Shown here piece by piece: positions 1-11,773 of a stretch of DNA of 43,251 bases. Position 1 is the stretch's first letter, and each line of letters begins with the position of its first letter. Position numbers and translations under genes: made by a program. The DNA lies in contig JBNGIO010006264.1 of NCBI GenBank assembly GCA_049999805.1, positions 52,834 to 96,084 on the forward strand, given 5' to 3'. Under the pieces are notes generated by a model. That model was given only the letters and a program-made list of their open reading frames with translations, made no database searches and was not told the origin of the DNA. This stretch comes from Folioceros fuciformis (taxonomy: Eukaryota).

Positions 1-1392
1 AATCATTTAATATTATATATTTTTAATTAATATTAAACTAATCACCCAACCCTATGGCCTGGTACCGAACCTAATCCTTCCCAGCTCTGGGACCAAACCT
101 ATACCCACTCTTATAACCAAACCCACTATTTCCTGGTCAATTAACCCAATTAGCATAAAGAAAAATAGGAAAAATGACCAGAAAATCAAGGAAAATTAGG
201 GAAAATAAGTTGAAAAAGAAAACCAAACCATACCACTATTAACCCTTTTTCAACCAAAACAAACTACTACCCCAAACTTAAGAGGTTCACATACCTCCAT
301 GGCTTTAGGATCCATGAACTATGCATTCCCTTGCACATTGTCCTTAGAACGCATTTGTGTGCTCGGTGTGATACTAGTGGATAAGGAAAATGAGTTGAGG
401 TTCATCAAGTTTAGTGTCTTCTACATTTCCTATCCACAATGGTCTTTGTGAGTATCTGTGTCGCATGACATGGCTATGAGCATTCCTTTTCTTATTTCAT
501 CAACATTGTTATTCACACAATCCAATCTCTTGCTGTTAGCAATTTGGTCTTAATCTATATCAAGCTATGTGTATGTCTTGCATGAGGAGGATCCTAGTAC
601 TAAGGAATCCTTTCTCAAGGATTGTCGCATTAGGGACCTAGAGTGAGAGTGTCATCTCTTGCACTTCATCACATGAGAACCACTTCTAAACACTTTGCAA
701 AGCCAATCCTACATTATTTTCAACTATAATAACTTAAGCCCATATGTTGTTATGCATCTACATACTTACTCTAGCATTGTTTTCAAGTATAATAGCTTAA
801 AGTTGCATATTATTATAAGTCTAGATGCTTATTACAAGAGAACCACATATACGATAGAAGGTTAGAATGATCTTTTTATTAAAGGTGTATCCCTAATAAG
901 TAATAGCACAAGGCCTCGAGAGCCTTCGTATTAAAAATAGTTGCGAGAAATTGAAACGAGGAGAGACAGAATGAGATAATCAACATAGATAGCAACTTAT
1001 TACAAAGATGCAAGAACAATCAAACAAATTAATACGAGGATTGATAAAAATTAGATTATGAAAACATACAGTATGCCCTTCGTNNNNNNNNNNNNNNNNN
1101 NNNNNNNNNNNNNNNNNNNNNNNNNNNNNNNNNNNNNNNNNNNNNNNNNNNNNNNNNNNNNNNNNNNNNNNNNNNNNNNNNNNAAATTAGATTATGAAAA
1201 CATACAGTATGCCCTTCGTTGAAAAACCATATGCAATGAGAATATTTTGTAATATAATTTCAAGTTCCATTCTCTAAGAACTCCCTTCAAACCATAGATG
1301 GTCTTGTTGAGTTGGCAAACAAAACCAATTAAATCGTTGTGATGACTCCATTTAAATCTTGTCACATCTAGATCACCATTTAATGGTGATTT

Positions 1393-1882
1393 ATATTCCT
1401 AGATCTTCTCGAACTCATATTCCTAGGTCTTCTCGAACTGATATTCCAAGGTCTTCTCGAACTGATATTGTCTTCTCGAACTCATATTCCTAGGTCTTCT
1501 CGAACTCATATTCCTAGGTCTTCTCGAACTCATATTCCTAGGTCTTCTCGAACTCATATTCCTAGGTCTTTTCAAACTCATATTCCTAGGTCTTCTCGAA
1601 CTCATATTCGCTGTTATTCAATCTCATATTCTTAGGTCTTCTCGAACTCATATTCGCTCTTATTCAATGTCATATTCCTAGGTCTTCTCGAATTCATATT
1701 CGCTCTTATTCAATCTCATATTTCTAAGTCTTCTCGAACTCATATTCGCTCTTATTTCTAGGTCTTCTCGAATTCATATTCGCTCTTATTCAATCTCAAC
1801 CTCATATTCGCTCTTATTCTTAGGTCTTCTCGAACTCATATTCACTCTTATTCAATCTCAAACTCATATTCGTTCTTATTCA
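1393..1882. repeat. Minisatellite, 24-bp unit (CTCGAACTCATATTCCTAGGTCTT), grading into a longer composite unit with CATATTCGCTCTTATTCAATCT
   Basis: Tandem copies are directly visible; the minus-strand ORF reads as a periodic MSSRRPRN octapeptide. Confidence 0.92.
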
Positions 1883-1987
1883 AGTAAAAGGCTAAAAAGC
1901 TCTATCATATTCACTCTTATAAAAGGCTATAGGCTTGACCTTTGCATCCAGGCATTTCGAATCACACCAACTACTTTTGCTATCGAG

Positions 1988-2316
1988 CATACATAGCATT
2001 TCACCCTGAAGTGCTCTAGTCATACATAGCATTTCACCCTAAAGTGCTCTAGTCATACATAGCATTTCTCCCTGAAGTGCTCTTGTCATACATAGCATTT
2101 CACCTTGAAGTGCTCTAGTCATACATAGTATTTCACACTGAAGTGCTCTAGTCATACATAGCATTTCACTCTGAAGTGCTCTAGTCATACATAACATTTC
2201 ACCTTGAAGTGCTCTAGTCATACATAGCATTTCACCCTGAAGTGCTCTAGTNNNNNNNNNNTGAAGTGCTCTAGTCATACATAGCATTTCACCCTGAAGT
2301 GCTCTAGTCATACATA
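1988..2316. repeat. Minisatellite, 33-bp unit (TCATACATAGCATTTCACCCTGAAGTGCTCTAG); contains a short N gap
   Basis: About 10 visible tandem copies; 11-aa periodicity (MTRALQGEMLC) in the ORF track. True copy number is unknown because of the gap. Confidence 0.92.
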
Positions 2317-2588
2317 GGCTTGACGGCCATGAAAAGAAGGATACGCTTGACGACCATGAAAAGAAGGATACGCTTGACGGCCATGAAAAGAAGGATACGC
2401 TTGACGGCCATGAAAAGAAGGATGCGCTTGACGGCCATGAAAAGAATACGCTTGACGGCCATGAAAAGGATAAGCTTGACGGCCATGAAAAGGATAGGCT
2501 TGACGGTAATGAAAAGGATACGCTTGACGCTCATGAAGAGGATAGGCTTGACGGCCATGAAAAGGATACGCTTGACGGCCATGAAAAG
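2314..2588. repeat. Minisatellite, 27-bp then 24-bp unit (CGCTTGACGGCCATGAAAAG[AAG]GATA)
   Basis: About 11 tandem copies; 9-aa then 8-aa periodicity in the overlapping ORFs. Confidence 0.92.
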
Positions 2589-2704
2589 TTCCGAAGGTCG
2601 GCAGTTTGGGCAGGGATAGGATCAAGAAAGGACATTCACCCCGACGAGAAACTCAATATTCTCTGCATAAACACTTGGCATTGGCTATGCGTTCTCCACC
2701 TTTC

Positions 2705-5700
2705 TCACGGTCGACCCTTACAACTGCAACTACCATCTGCGAATCGATGTACACATACCCGTCGCCCACAACGACGTCTCTTTGTTCAAGCCTTGACATG
2801 ATCTCCGTGGAACTGTGACAGTCACTGCACATGCGTAGATTCTTCGTTACCACAAGAGGTGTTCCGCTCGGAGTGTTCAACAGGCCAAACGCAAGAGCTA
2901 GCTTGTCGGCATGCCCACAAAGGGCATCTTCCTTTTCCTTCTCATCCACTGGCTTCAACAACAACTTTGTGTGAGGTACGTGGCCCCCCTTCCTGCTTCA
3001 GACGTTCATTTGTGCTCTCCACCTTAAGCGCAATGTCCTCTCTCCTTTCTCCCACTAGAAACTTGTGTACCTCCTTACTCACCTCAATGGTCGCTACTGC
3101 AGGTTTCTTGTTAGCAGCTGCTAGCTTTCTCTGCGCTTCTATCCTGTCCACATCGATCCACCTACCTGCATCTGCGTAAGCATTGGCCATGAGCACATAT
3201 GCAGGCGCATCCTGGGGGTCCAGCCGAACAATCCTTTCAAAACACCATTCGGCCCTCTCTATATCCCCGTGACTTTTGCTGGCATGCAACAAAGACCTCA
3301 AGCCCACAAGATTACTTTGGTCATCACATGAAAGTAGCATCTTCGCTGCCTCATCTAAAAGGCCCGCACGCCCCAAAAGATCAACCATGCAGGTGTAATG
3401 CTCAACAGTAGGTTGAATACCATGCTGTTCCGCCATGGAATCAAAGTACTTGCGACCCTCCTCCACTAGTCCCTCGTGACTGCATGCTACTAAAAGGAAA
3501 GTGAAAGTAGTACCATCAGGCGGAAAACCGGCAACTAACATCTCCTCGAAACAAGCAACTGCTCTCTGACCATCATCACAAGAACCATACCCATCTGTCA
3601 GGGCCGTCCATGTCACCACATTCTTCGTTTTCATGCTGTCAAAAACTTGGCTTGCATCTTCCAGTTCACCACATTTTGCATACATGCCCACCAGGCAGGT
3701 GCCCAGCACTACGTTGTCCAGCAGTCCGTTTTCGACGATCTGTGAGTGCAGCTGCCGTCCTTGCTGTATGGCACCAGTGCTTCCACACGCCTTCAGAAGG
3801 CAAGCAAACGTAACATCGTCAGCCAAAATCAGTCCCGCTTCCTCCATTCGCCCATACACAACAAGCGCCTCCTGGGGGCATTCTTCCTGTGCATACCCAG
3901 ATATCAGGGCGGTCCACGTCACCACATCCTTTGTCTTCATGCTGTCAAAAACCTGGCGTGCATCTTCCGCCTGACCACATTTTGCATACATATCCACCAG
4001 GCAGGTGCCCAACACTACATTATCCACCAATCTTCTTTCAACAACTTGAGAGTGAAGCTGCCTGCCCTTCTGTCAGTCACCAGTTCCTCCACAGGCCTTC
4101 AGAAGGCAAGCAAAAGTAACATGATCAGCCAAAATGAGGCCTGACTCCTCCATTTGGCCATATACAACAAGGGCCTCTTGCCCGAGTCCTTGCTCTGCAT
4201 ACCCAGACATGAGGGCGGTCCATGTCACCACATCCTTTGTCTTCATGCTGTCAAAAACCTGCCGTGCCTCTTCCATCTGACCACATTTTGCATACACGTC
4301 CACCAGGTAGGTGCCCAACACTACATTATCCACTAATCCCCTTTTGACAACTTGCGAGTGAAGCTGCCTGCCCGTCTGTAAGGCTCCAGTGCTTCCACAG
4401 GCCTTCAGAAGGCAAGAGAAAGTAACATGATCAGCCAAAATGAGGCCTGACTCCTCCATTTGGCTATACACAACAAGCGCCTCTTGCCCCAGTCCTTGCT
4501 CTGAATACCCAGACATGAGGGCGGTCCATGTCACCACATCCTGTGTCTTCATGCTGTCAAACACCTGGCGTGCATCTTCCAGTTCGCCACATTTTGCATA
4601 CATGTCCACTAGGCAATTGCCCAACATTAAGTTATCCAGGAGTCCTCTCTCAACGATCACAGAGTGCAGCTGCCTACCCTTCTGCAAGGCACCAGAGCTA
4701 CCACAGGCCTTCAGAAGGCCGGCGGCAATGACATGGTTGGCTAAAATCAGCCCCTCCTGCTCCATTTGTCCATAGAGAGCAAGTGCCTCATGTCCTAGTC
4801 CTTGGTGGGCATACCCAGCAATCAGGGCATTCCATGTCACCAAATTCTTTGTCGCCATGCTGTCAAAGACCTGGCATGCAGCTTTCAGTTCACCCGTTTT
4901 GCATAGCCGGTTATGAGGCTATTCCATGTCACCACATCCTTTGTGGCCATGCTGTCAAAAACCCTGCGTGCCTCTTCCAGTTCGCCACATTTTGCATACA
5001 TGTCCACCAGGCAGTTATCCACAAACAAGTCAGGAGGAATGCCACAGTGCAGCAGATCACCGTGCACTTTTCTGCCAGATTCCAAGTCAGCGGCAAGTGC
5101 ACAAGCCTGAAGGGCGGCTACAAAGACGCCGCTCGCCTTCACCCCTGACCTACTCAAGTCGTGGTACAGTTGTATGGCCTTCTTAGGTTTCCCATGTTTA
5201 GAGAATGCAGAGATCATGGAAAAGTACATGAAAAAATCTGGTTTGCCCACCCTGGTGAACACGTCCATTGCCTCCTCCAGCCTACCTCCAGCCTACCTCC
5301 AGATGCGTACATGCGTAAGATATAGTTCGCCAAGTATGGATTCGAACGGTACCCAAGTTTGACAGTGAGATCATGAACTCGTCGCCCCACAACTAGATCC
5401 TTCTTAGCTGTACACAGTTTCAGCACAGTGCAAAACAGAGAGTGGGAAATAGCAGAGCCTGTCCGCGCCAGAGATTCCAGGGCCTCAGCGGCCTCAGAAA
5501 GCTTCCCCTGCTCACATAATGTGCTTACGGTTACAGGCGTAACGAGGCCCATTTCCTGTCCTGCACTCTTGCGAGATTCAGGCTTGTCCGCAGAGCGGGA
5601 CTCGGAAGGAGAGGCACCACTACTCACGTGCATATCCAAGGAAACGAGCCGTTCATCAACCCAAGCTGGCTTAAACATGTTGGTTACCCACAGCACCTCT

Positions 5701-6032
5701 ACGGAGCCCTTCCGCCGGAAATCAGGCGAACGGGAGCTCTTCTTATCTTGTCTGTTATCCCACCACATGGTCGGGTCCAGAAAGAATTGTTGCCACAAGC
5801 GCTCCTGCTCCTGTTCCTGCTCCTGGCGACGCCAATCTTTGGATAAACCGTCCCCACCCACATACCTGTCCGGAAGTTTAAGTGCTGAGCCCCTCACACT
5901 GCTGCACCTGGAGGCTTGGTTTCCCAAGGATTGACTCCCTAACATGGGGTGAGCAGGAGCTCCTCCTAGAATCCCTGTACCCAAACCAATCTGTTGGGTA
6001 CACAACGGATCCTGTTGCCACGCTGTGGCCAT
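2705..6032 (-). pseudogene. Disrupted PLS-class PPR-E-DYW:KP (GRP-type) gene with N-terminal PDF-like motif; paralogue of 7543-10017
   Basis: ORF pieces 5214-6032, 4885-5268, 4073-4858, 2942-4030 and 2653-2964 are collinear with the intact neighbour. Lesions: 11-bp duplication (CCTACCTCCAG, about 5281-5302), 1-bp deletion near 4893, in-frame TGA near 4073, extra G near 2985, 1-bp deletion near 2752. The ancestral frame ends ...CSCKGRP* at 2705. The deaminase motif reads HADKLA. Confidence 0.9.
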
Positions 6033-7542
6033 GGCTCAGGAACCTCTGTGGGAAGATGTCTGGCAACAAACGTCGGCAGGATGTTGGGGTAGACATGGGG
6101 TCACCACACCTGTGACCCCACTCCCCCTACCTTAAGCGCTTCTTTCCACCAACCAACTTGTGACAAGCCCAAAAATTGTACTTGTCCATAACAAAAACAG
6201 GCGGAAAACTAATAAGAGCTAAGACTACACTTCCGACTGATCCGCAATCGGATGGATGGTAACAAAATTATTTTTCATTTTCACCAGCTATGGTGAGCAA
6301 GGCCTTGAGCATGCGTCGGCGGCGCCATCAGGGCTGGGTAGTCCGGCTGCGGACCTAGTGAAGGCTGCAGCAAATACATGTCGTGCCACTCTTACATGAT
6401 CAGATCGCGCAGCACCTGGTGGGATTTTGATGACGAGCCTCAGGTTCTTCCCAAGCCTTGTTTTTGGAGTCAGCCTTTCTCAATCCAGCACATCAGGACA
6501 ACTGAGCTCATTCAGCAGGTAGGCAGACTAGGAATACAACCTAAGCACATTTCCCTTGCAATAGGTGCAAGGATGAACGGCAGCGGTGCCGGCGTGGACC
6601 GCAGATTTCAGACCATTGCTCAGATGACGGACGCACTTACACTGTTGTGGTGCACCTCAGATGACGGACAGAACAAACCAGTGGACCAAAACAAGCACGG
6701 TGACAGAACGACGTTCTGTTTCGCACTTGATTCCCGACCAATTATCAATGTCTAAATTACGGGCCTCGTCACAAGTTTATCCAAACTGACAACACACAAT
6801 TCAACTGAGTTCATACATACAATCGCGTTTGGATGCAGTACAGTGTGTGCGTTCGGGGATTTCTCCAGTACGAAGACAGGTGAAGCAAATACCAATCCTC
6901 TCCACTGGAAGGCCCCTGAAGTGTAGAGATCAGGAAATTGGACTATAAAGCCCTCCAGATATTTCAGTGTGGATATTTCCTCCAAACCGTCCAAATGCCT
7001 CCGACCACCTTATTCTCTTGCAGAAGGAGCTAGGGATAGTGCGTGCTTTGCAGAACACTATTCGCCGGAATAACCTCCTGTGTGCTTCCATCCACCTGGC
7101 AGTATTTACATGTTATGTTGCTTCTATAGCGCAGAAATCGACAAACTGTCTTGCCCGAAAAGAGGTGGACAATGGATCAGATATCTAGCTGGGCTTGGGA
7201 CATGCTAGTTTAAATCAAGCAACGTTGAGGTGATAGGCCTGGCTACATCTGCCTTAGAACTGGTTCCATGGCTCACATAGTACAGCGTCTTGTAAGCATG
7301 TAGGCCAAACATGGAGGCATGCTGGGCCCTGCATTAGTGAGCTCGTAACGTACCAGAGAGCTCAGAATTTGTGACCTGGAGACCTGTGGTCAAGGATAGG
7401 CTCAAGGCTATGCTGTTTTCCACAAGTTCCAACGGTAGCCGCTTTTGACGGGGATGGAGTAAAGCGAGAACATTCACCCCGACCAAAAAAAGGCAGTATT
7501 CTTTGACATGCACACGCAACACTGGCGATGCAGTTCGTACTC

Positions 7543-10017
7543 TCACGGTCGGCCCTTACAACTGCAACTACCATCTGCGAATCGATGCACTCGGAACCCA
7601 TCCCTTACAACGATGTCTCTCTGTTCAAGCCTTGACATGATCTCCGTGGAACTGTGACAGTCACTGCACATGCGTAGATTCTTCGTTACCACAAGAGGTG
7701 TCCCACTCGGAGTGTTTAGCAGACCAAACGCCAGAGCTAGCTTCTCAGCATGCCCGCAAAGTGCATCTTCCTTTTCCTTCTCACCCAGAGGCTTCAACAC
7801 CAACTTTGTCTGGGGTACGTGGCCCCCTTCCTGCTTCAGACGTGCATTCGTTCTCTCCACCTTTATGGCAATATCCTCTCTCCTTTCACCTACCAAAAAC
7901 CTATGTACCTCCTTATTCACCTCAATGGTTGCCACTGCAGGTTTCTTGTTAGCTCCTGCTACTACTCTCTGTGCTTCAATCCTGTCTACGTCGCTCCACC
8001 GACCTGCATCTGCATAGGCATTGGCCATGAGCACATAAGCAGGCGCCTCCAGGGGGTCCAGCCTAACAATGCTTTCAAAACACCATATCGCCCTCTCCAA
8101 ATCCCCATGATTTTTGCAGGCATTCAACAAAGACGTCAATCCTACAACATTACTTTGGCCATCGTATGATAATAGCATCATCTTCTCTGCCTCATCTAAA
8201 TGGCCTGCACGCCCAAGAAGATCTATCATGCAATTGTAATGCTCAAGAGTAGGTTTGATTCGATGGTCAGCCATGGAATCAAAGTATCTGCGGCCTTCGT
8301 GGACCAGTCCCTCATGACTGCATGCTGTCAAAAGGCAACTAAAAGTAGCATCACTAGGCTCAATACCAGCAGCTAACATCTCTTCAAAACAAGCTAGTGC
8401 TCTCCGACCATCATCACAAGCACCATACCCAGATATCAGGGCATTCCATGTCACGACATTCTTTGAGTTCATACTGTCAAAAACCTGGCGAGCATCCTCC
8501 ACTGCACCACATTTTGCATACATGTCCACCAGGCAAGTGCTCAATACTACATCATTCAGCAGTCCTCTTCCCACAATCTGCGAGTGCAGCTCTCTGCCCT
8601 TCTGTAAGGCAGCAGTGCTTGCACAAGCCTTCAAAAGGCAAGCAAAAGTAAAGTGGTTTGCCAAAATAAGGCCCTCTTCCTCCATTCGTTCATACAAGGC
8701 AAGCGCCTCTTGGCTGAGTCCTTGCTGTGAATACCCAGCAATAAGTGTCGTCCATGTTACCACATCCTTTGTGGGCATGATGTCAAAGACCTGTCGAGCA
8801 TCCTCTAGTTCACCACATTTCGCATACCCCGATATCAGGGCATTCCATGTAACCACATTCTTCGTGGCCATGCTGTCAAAAACCTGGCGTGCAGTTTTCA
8901 ACTCACCAAATTTCGCATATCCAGATATCAGGCTATTCCATGTCACCACATCCTTTGTGGCCATCCTGTCAAAAACCTGTCGTGCATCTTTCAGTTCGCC
9001 ACATTTTGCATACATGTCCACCAGGCAGCTGCCAACAAACAGGTCCAGAGGAATGCCACTGTGCAGCACATCACAATGCACTTTTCTACCAGATTCCAAG
9101 TCAGCAGCAAGTGCACAAGCCTGAAGAGCAGCCACAAAAACGTGACTATTGGCCTTCAGTCCGGACATACGCATGTCATGGTACAGTTGTATGGCCTTCT
9201 GAGGTTGGCCATGTTTAGAGAATGCAGACATCATGGAATAGCACATGAATGTATCTGGTTCGCCCACCCTCTTGAGCACATCCAACGCCTCCTCCAGCCT
9301 ACCGCCGGACGCGTACATGCGTAAGATATGGTTCGCCAAGTATGTATTCCAACGGTACCCAAGTTTAACAATGAGATCATGAACTCGTCGCCCCACAACC
9401 AGATCCTTCTTAACTGTACACAGTTTCAACACTGTGCAAAACAGAGAACGAGAAATAGCAGAGTCTGTCTGCGCCAGACATTCCAGGGCTCCAACGGCCT
9501 CAGAGAGCCTTCCCTGCTGGCATAACGTGTTCACGGTTTCAGCAGTAATGACGCCCATTTCCGACCGTGCACTCCTGGGAGCTTCAGGCTCACCAGGAGG
9601 GCTGCACTCGGAAGGAGAGGCACCATGACCCATGTGCATATCTAAGGAAACGAGCTGGTCATCTACCCAGGCTGGCTTACACAAGCTGCTAAGCCACAGC
9701 ACCTCACCGGAGCCTTTGCGCCTGAAGTCAGGCGAACGGGAGCTCCTCTTATCTCGTCTGTTATCCCACCACATAGTAGGCTCCATAAAGAATTGTTGCC
9801 ACAAGCGCTCCTGCTCCTGCTCTTCCCCACCCACGCATTGACTCGAGAGTGGAACTGGAAGAGGAAGGGCTATGCTCCTGACATTAGTGCGCCTGGAGGC
9901 TTGGTTACCTAGGGATTGACTCCCTGACGTGAGCGGAGCGGGAGCTCCTCGTAGAATCCCTGTAAACAGGCCAAATTGTTGGGTCCACAACCGGTCTGGT
10001 TGCAGCACTGTGGCCAT
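7543..10017 (-). CDS. PLS-class pentatricopeptide repeat protein with E1/E2 and DYW:KP (GRP-ending) deaminase-like domain; candidate organellar U-to-C editing factor; 824 aa, intronless
   Basis: L-S-P-L-S-SS-SS-P-L-S-P2-L2-S2 repeats, E motifs, KKPAVATIEV (KP box instead of PG box), HAEKLA, KNLRMCSDCH, and C-terminal HRFADGSCSCKGRP. Confidence 0.95.
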   Translation of the reverse strand: MATVLQPDRLWTQQFGLFTGILRGAPAPLTSGSQSLGNQASRRTNVRSIALPLPVPLSSQCVGGEEQEQERLWQQFFMEPTMWWDNRRDKRSSRSPDFRRKGSGEVLWLSSLCKPAWVDDQLVSLDMHMGHGASPSECSPPGEPEAPRSARSEMGVITAETVNTLCQQGRLSEAVGALECLAQTDSAISRSLFCTVLKLCTVKKDLVVGRRVHDLIVKLGYRWNTYLANHILRMYASGGRLEEALDVLKRVGEPDTFMCYSMMSAFSKHGQPQKAIQLYHDMRMSGLKANSHVFVAALQACALAADLESGRKVHCDVLHSGIPLDLFVGSCLVDMYAKCGELKDARQVFDRMATKDVVTWNSLISGYAKFGELKTARQVFDSMATKNVVTWNALISGYAKCGELEDARQVFDIMPTKDVVTWTTLIAGYSQQGLSQEALALYERMEEEGLILANHFTFACLLKACASTAALQKGRELHSQIVGRGLLNDVVLSTCLVDMYAKCGAVEDARQVFDSMNSKNVVTWNALISGYGACDDGRRALACFEEMLAAGIEPSDATFSCLLTACSHEGLVHEGRRYFDSMADHRIKPTLEHYNCMIDLLGRAGHLDEAEKMMLLSYDGQSNVVGLTSLLNACKNHGDLERAIWCFESIVRLDPLEAPAYVLMANAYADAGRWSDVDRIEAQRVVAGANKKPAVATIEVNKEVHRFLVGERREDIAIKVERTNARLKQEGGHVPQTKLVLKPLGEKEKEDALCGHAEKLALAFGLLNTPSGTPLVVTKNLRMCSDCHSSTEIMSRLEQRDIVVRDGFRVHRFADGSCSCKGRP
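9652..9810 (-). other. OSB-type PDF-like motif inside the PPR gene
   Basis: ERLWQQFFMEPTMWWDNRRDKRSSRSPDFRRKGSGEVLWL...PAWV matches my recollection of the PDF motif of organellar ssDNA-binding (OSB) proteins. A second copy is at about 5645-5805 in the pseudogene. Confidence 0.82.
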
Positions 10018-10884
10018 GGTTCAAGAACCACTGTGTGAAGATATCTAGCATTAAACTAGGAGAGGATGCCCGTTTCGACTTGTGTATGACCAGGGACCCG
10101 TCTCAATCGATCCCGGACAACGGTTCTCCATCTTAGCTATCCTTCCCAGCTAGCAACTTGTGCAAAGTAACAAATCTGGAGCAAAATGCCAGCGGAAAGC
10201 AATTGGACTTGCTTCAAATTGATTCAGATTTTCATTTTCAACAAATTGGTTTTCCATTTACACCGCTCCCGATTGACAAGGCTAGTGTCCTTCGGCGGTG
10301 TCTGGTTCACGGTTACAGGGCCACTACCATCACGTCCTCCACCAGGTAATCATGTGTTTACCCGTGAGAATATGTGTTTGCTGAAAGAAAGCTAAATTAG
10401 ATTATATAAAATAATTAGCACAGTGAGGACAATGTTATGCCCGAGCGTCAGTCAAGTCGTTTGTACATTGCACAATCTTTGGAAGTAGCAATTTATGAAA
10501 TTAACGAGCTCTTGTGGAGAAGCAAAGAAGGCTAATGTTTTTATTATTATTTTATTGGATATTACTTGCTAAAGTCTATCTTTTGGTTATTTGATAAAAA
10601 GAACTTATTTTCTTTACCTCTGTATTAAAGAAGAAGTGGTGCAAATAAAAGAAGAAGTGGTGCAAACAAAGGGGGGTGAAGAAGAAATTTTCCTTTACAA
10701 TCTACTATGTCTAGGACACAATCTCCACTCGTGTTCCCAGTATATTGAAATCCGAACAAATTAGAGCTTATTTGAATGAGGACCCTTTCCACATAAAGCA
10801 TTTGATAGATAGGTTCACAAATTTAGCAGTTTATCTTCTCACAAGGTAGAAGATGGGATTGGTTTTCCTCTTCTTATTGGCACA

Positions 10885-11205
10885 TACACTAAATGGGAGA
10901 ATTCTATAGTTTGTGTTGTTCGTGGGCGTTATGGGGATATTATGTTTGAGCACAATCAAATGGGAGAATTGCATAGTACGTACTATGAAAATGCTGTATT
11001 GGAGCACACATTAAATGGAAGAATTCCATAGTGTGTGGCACTGGTGGGCGTTATGGCCATATTACTTGTGAGCATATGTCAAGTGGGAAAATTGCATAGT
11101 GCGTGCTATGGGAATGTTGTATTTGAGCACACACAAAATGGGAGAATTGCATAGTGTGTGGGCTTATTGGGCATTATATATGTTTATGGCAATGTTGTGT
11201 TTGAG
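10885..11205. repeat. Degenerate tandem repeat with alternating about 67/56-bp spacing (about 123-bp dimer)
   Basis: The core AAATGGGAGAATTGCATAGT recurs near 10891, 10958, 11014, 11081 and 11137. Confidence 0.7.
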
Positions 11206-11773
11206 ATACTATGGTGTTTTGCAACACGCTGAGGCTGATGTGCTTATCTTTCATGCCCCTTCAATGTGCAAGTCCACAAGCCTTAAGTAGTGTATGATAT
11301 TTTATAGTGTTACCCTTTCACGATATGCATGTTTAAACTTAGTGAAGAAGTGTACCTTGATGTAGCTCAAGTTTGAAGGGTGCAACCCCTTAAATTAATT
11401 CCCAATGTTTTTCTTCTTGTGCCTAGCTTAGATAAATTTGTGGACGCTTAAAGGTCTAAAAAAGTAGAAAGCTTCATCTTGATTGCAACATCACAAGTGG
11501 CAGCTACACTTGTGAGAAGATGCAGTAGAGGCACTCAAATTTTTTGAAGTACAATGGAAAACTAAGCAACAACAAGAATGGTATTTGTGGCAAGCCTGAT
11601 TGATAAACCATCAATCAAATAGATGAGTAATTATGTGTCACAAAGGAAAATGTAGCATCTATAACTATATCCATGATGGATAAATTCTAAAACATGAGTC
11701 ACTATGTGCCACAAATATAAAATGGATAGCATCCATAGTCAAGAAATGATCATTCAAAAAATTTCATGAGTTC

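Noticed and set aside
1048-1219. 36-bp direct repeat (AAATTAGATTATGAAAACATACAGTATGCCCTTCGT) flanking an N gap
   Set aside because: Identical sequence on both sides of a 100-N gap is typical of unmerged overlapping contig ends.
1393-2588. Regular short repeats resembling a CRISPR array, and repetitive-peptide ORFs
   Set aside because: The units are head-to-tail with no unique spacers, there are no cas genes and the context is eukaryotic. The ORFs are explained by stop-free units divisible by 3.
6300-7300. Short ORFs between the two PPR genes (6378-6755 +, 6752-6994 -, 6967-7188 +)
   Set aside because: Coding-like composition but no recognisable motif or consistent splice structure.
3199-9841. 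Many plus-strand ORFs over the PPR genes
   Set aside because: Antisense shadows of repetitive PPR coding sequence.
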